A stretch of 63,331 nt of DNA, the filler included, from Nemertoderma westbladi (lineage: Eukaryota > Animalia > Xenacoelomorpha), in the NCBI GenBank assembly GCA_032718475.1. It is 3 parts of 3 records of this genome, joined end to end, with 100 filler letters (N's around TTAATTAATTAA, not from the genome) between each part and the next. Parts side by side here need not be neighbours in the genome. Positions count along the whole stretch, not along the records: positions 44,861 to 63,331 come from JAUCBJ010006507.1; 2 more parts are not named here. One strand, given 5' to 3'. Every line of letters begins with the position of its first letter. Position 1 is the first letter of the stretch. The translations under genes and the position numbers were made by a program. Below, in pieces: positions 60,043 to 63,331 of this stretch. The notes beneath the pieces are model-generated. The model was not told where the DNA came from. It worked only from the letters and a program-made list of their open reading frames with translations, and ran no database searches.

Positions 60043-61827
60043 TCATCTATTTACAAGCCGATGGCATTCTCTTGGGACCCGTAGATTGCCCGAGTCCGGT
60101 ACGGTGACCTCGTGAGCGGTTCCCTTGAACCAATAGCGAACGTACAACGACTTGGGTTGCCCGGGACACGGGTCGTAGAAACCCGGCAGACCCGCCTTGG
60201 ACTCGGAATCCACAACTATTAGCTTGGAGTCAACGACTAGACACTGCAAGGCTACGGTCACGTCAACCACATTGTCTCCTTGGCTACCGTGTTCTAGAGA
60301 CACCAGACTCCCGTATAACGCCGTGTCTATAAGGACACCGTCTCTCCCTGATTCCACTTCCCTCACTGCGTAATGCCACTCCCTCATCAGTCTCATCTCA
60401 GCCTCGGCAGCTCGTTTATTCTCCTCAGTTCGCATCCTCTGTTCCTCGTCAGCTTTCTCCCGCTCTTTGCGCTCCTCCCAGCTGCGATACGGCCCGATAA
60501 CGAATCGTTTGAGAGCCGCGTAACCAGCTAGCGTTACCAATGTTACGAACAGCGCAGACAGATCGACACCGTCGGATAGGTAGAAGGATAAGTTGAGTGT
60601 TTGGGAGCCGCGGGTTATATTGATAGAGTATGTGGATCCGTGAATGAGGTTGATATCGAGGGAGGAGTACAGGGCGGTGTTGGGGTCTATAGTGACCCCG
60701 CCTCCGTAACGGAGTCGGACAATCTCCGGGAAGCCCAAACTCGCATCTACGTGTACGCCGTTGGCGTCGTCTGCGCCGTCAGCTCCCGCCGTGTAGCGGT
60801 AGTTAGCGAAGAGAGCGAGCGCGGGGCTCGTACGAAGAGACGCGATGGCCACGGGGAGGCCGGCACGAGCGCCCAGCTCGTATCGGTGTCGGGAACTGCG
60901 GAGCCACGAGATGGAAGCGGTGAGGCCGGAGAACAGCGGGAATGGGAGGAGGAGAGAGGAAGCCGGGAGCGTAGAGATGATAGATAGGTTGGCAGAGAGA
61001 CGAGTTGATACGGTAGGAGAGAGCCATCGAGTAATGGAAGATTCTAGTTTATGGATGCCCTGGTTTTTACCTATTAAATATGTGTTATTTAGACTGGCCT
61101 TTACAGTTGTTTTAACGTCTAACGCCCAGTTACTGAGTATAAACTTACAGTTTGGCCCCTCCTTACTGGCCCCTACTTGTACCTCATAGACACCCTTGCC
61201 GGCGGCGTGCGAGTAATGCAGACAACCAGTGGAGTCCCCCTCTGTGTCCGCGGTTCCTGACACGTCGCATCTGTCCGTCCCCATCGCCGGTAGGTTGACT
61301 CTCTGTTGGAAGGCCAGCCCGCTAACGTAGACCGGTCGTTGGGCGTACATGCCTACAACCCGTCCCGTTTCGTCCTTTTGTACGTAAACCTTGCGAACTC
61401 CGTGGACGAAACGACCTACCCCTTCCGATACATCGACCCGGACACTGGCGGTACCACTAGCCTGCAACGCCATTAACTCATCGCGACATTTCTTTACCGC
61501 TAGTATTTTCTCGTACTCCTCTAGAATACTAGCCGGAGTTCGATTATATAGCGACACTTCTAGGTTATTTTCCAACCCTTTGCTTCCGTAACAATCGTAA
61601 ATAACCCGTAGATGTGGGTCTCTGAGAACGGCGTACGCTTTGGTTAGTTTAACGTAGGTTTGTTGGGCTGTTTGTTTGTCTGCGTCGTCTGTGTGTTTGT
61701 CTGGATGGTAGATCAAGGACAGACGGTGGAACGATCGTTTAATCTCATCGTTCGTCGCGTTTTTTGGAACGTTTAGGAAGGAATAGTATTCCTGGTCGAT
61801 TACTTCTTTGGAATCTCTGGATGCCAT
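60043..61827 (-). CDS. DNAJC11: DnaJ homolog subfamily C member 11, single coding exon
   Basis: N-terminal J domain with HPD. C-terminal VVDVTVALQCLVVDSKL...SKAGLPGFYDPC...HEV...LRVP...HR matches the DNAJC11 C-terminal domain. Confidence 0.93.
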   Translation of the reverse strand: MASRDSKEVIDQEYYSFLNVPKNATNDEIKRSFHRLSLIYHPDKHTDDADKQTAQQTYVKLTKAYAVLRDPHLRVIYDCYGSKGLENNLEVSLYNRTPASILEEYEKILAVKKCRDELMALQASGTASVRVDVSEGVGRFVHGVRKVYVQKDETGRVVGMYAQRPVYVSGLAFQQRVNLPAMGTDRCDVSGTADTEGDSTGCLHYSHAAGKGVYEVQVGASKEGPNCKFILSNWALDVKTTVKASLNNTYLIGKNQGIHKLESSITRWLSPTVSTRLSANLSIISTLPASSLLLPFPLFSGLTASISWLRSSRHRYELGARAGLPVAIASLRTSPALALFANYRYTAGADGADDANGVHVDASLGFPEIVRLRYGGGVTIDPNTALYSSLDINLIHGSTYSINITRGSQTLNLSFYLSDGVDLSALFVTLVTLAGYAALKRFVIGPYRSWEERKEREKADEEQRMRTEENKRAAEAEMRLMREWHYAVREVESGRDGVLIDTALYGSLVSLEHGSQGDNVVDVTVALQCLVVDSKLIVVDSESKAGLPGFYDPCPGQPKSLYVRYWFKGTAHEVTVPDSGNLRVPRECHRLVNR

Positions 61828-62329
61828 CGCGATGTGCGTGGTCAGACCGGGCGGTCTGGCGGTAGCCGTAGGCTACCGGTAGCCTAGTTGCAATGAGTAC
61901 AGAGTAGGGAGATGAATTACCTTAGAAGTGAGTAGGTACCGGTACCGGTAGTGTGAAGGTGGAAAGAATGTCGTGAGTTCGGAAGGATAAAATATTGAAA
62001 CTATCGTTTATTATTAACCGAAAGTTTTATTTATATTATATATTGATTGAATATAAATACTTATGTTTTCGATAATCATAAATGTGCCTAAATTCTAATA
62101 AAATAAGCCCTATTCCTATAGAATGCCTAATCCTTACATATTTATTTTTTGTAACTTATTCGAAAACGGCATATATAATAATATTGATTATTATTGATTT
62201 TTTTTTGATACTTATTTTATAATGCATTTCCCATTGTAAAATCTTATTTATTTCCAATCTGAAATCTGTTTTTCAATAAGGTTCTTGCGTTATGGCAACC
62301 ATGACCTCTACTATATAAATTAGTATAAC

Positions 62330-63200
62330 GCAACAAATTTATTTCCAACTAAAAATAATCATTTGTCCATTAAATTTTTCCTTCACCAAAAATTAGTATT
62401 CTCCACTATTTATAATTGGGTTTCAACTAAAAATTCAAGTCAACTACTAAAGTTTCAACTATTTTTAATTTAGTAACCACCAAATATAATCATATTTCAT
62501 TAAAAATCATTTAAAATTTACTTTCCACTAAATTTATACACTTTCCACTAAAACTAATAATCACCTTATTGACTTGTTAGTCTTGTCGTCCTCATTATAG
62601 CTATTGACTTTCGTTTATTGTTTTGGATAGAATAACATGTCACAGTAACCTGCTCCTTTCCCTGAAAATCTCAGGAACTAACGACTTCGTAGCCTGTCCT
62701 TCATACAGTCCGAAAGTATCCCTGTGTATCCTGCTCCTTTACAAAACTTTCTGCTACGGGGTTCTAATGCCCTGGAATATATCGCCCCTGGTGACATATC
62801 TCGCTAGAACCTGAAGCGGAAGGTCTTACTACCCCACCCCAATGGAACTTATCGCGACACAATCAAATTATCAGTGAAGCCAATACAACGAAGTACAGGG
62901 CCTAACAATTTAGTGATGATATTTGGAGTGATGATATTTATTGATTGTAAATTTTTTTATAGTATAATAATAACTATATTATTAGTGAATAAATGATTGG
63001 GTTTAGTGATGAATGATTATTTTTAGTGATAAGTGATTATTTTTTAGAGATAGACGTTTATATTTAGTGATAAGTCATTATTTTTAGTGGATTTGCTATT
63101 ATGATTTTTAGTGATAAATGAATTTTTAGTGAAGAGTGATTATTTTTAATGGTTTTTTGCATTGGATTTAGTGAAAATCTCATTATATTTAGGGAAAATG
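62330..63200. mobile_element. Foldback-like element: inverted degenerate arrays around a ~330-bp unrelated core
   Basis: TTCCACTAAAA-type units at 62330-62560 face TTTTAGTGATAA-type units at 62905-63200. Confidence 0.55.
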
Positions 63201-63331
63201 TCAATATTTTTAGAGAGTCGAAAAATAGGTAGGTGCCTTAGTATAATACGACTTGTTACAGTTGTAGCTGCAGCAGCCGACAGCCCACTAGATTTAGTGG
63301 GAAAACTTCTTATTCGAGCCACGCCATGAAC

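Overview
AT-rich, repeat-dense eukaryotic (almost certainly invertebrate animal) genomic DNA. It consists of three contigs joined by artificial 100-bp N44-TTAATTAATTAA-N44 linkers (18293-18392, 44761-44860). Host genes: a truncated WD40 exon; a two-exon gene of unusual architecture (WD40 propeller, Apaf-1-like winged helix, Roc GTPase, partial COR); an intronless SLC18B1-like MFS transporter; two exons of a LAMP-family gene; a two-exon plastin/fimbrin; and an intronless DNAJC11. The rest is mobile or repetitive: CR1, RTE and RTE-X-like LINE fragments nested in a DNA-transposon family, BEL/Pao and other LTR remnants, TTAA (piggyBac-type) elements, Helentron-like elements, and four large tandem arrays (15, ~30, 71 and 18/22 bp units). 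The most interesting signals are: (1) the WD40-WHD-Roc-COR protein; (2) a Polinton/Maverick-like remnant in which a protein-primed PolB gene overlaps a TBP-like gene, next to a 10.4-kb 71-bp satellite with inverted ends and flanking direct repeats; (3) a tRNA-shaped Pol III-type unit with a minimal hammerhead ribozyme in place of the anticodon arm, in an insertion that ends at a copy of the predicted cleavage site; (4) a 4.2-kb satellite apparently amplified from the subterminal inverted repeat of a Helentron-like element. All assignments are by-eye motif recognition; no database searches were run.
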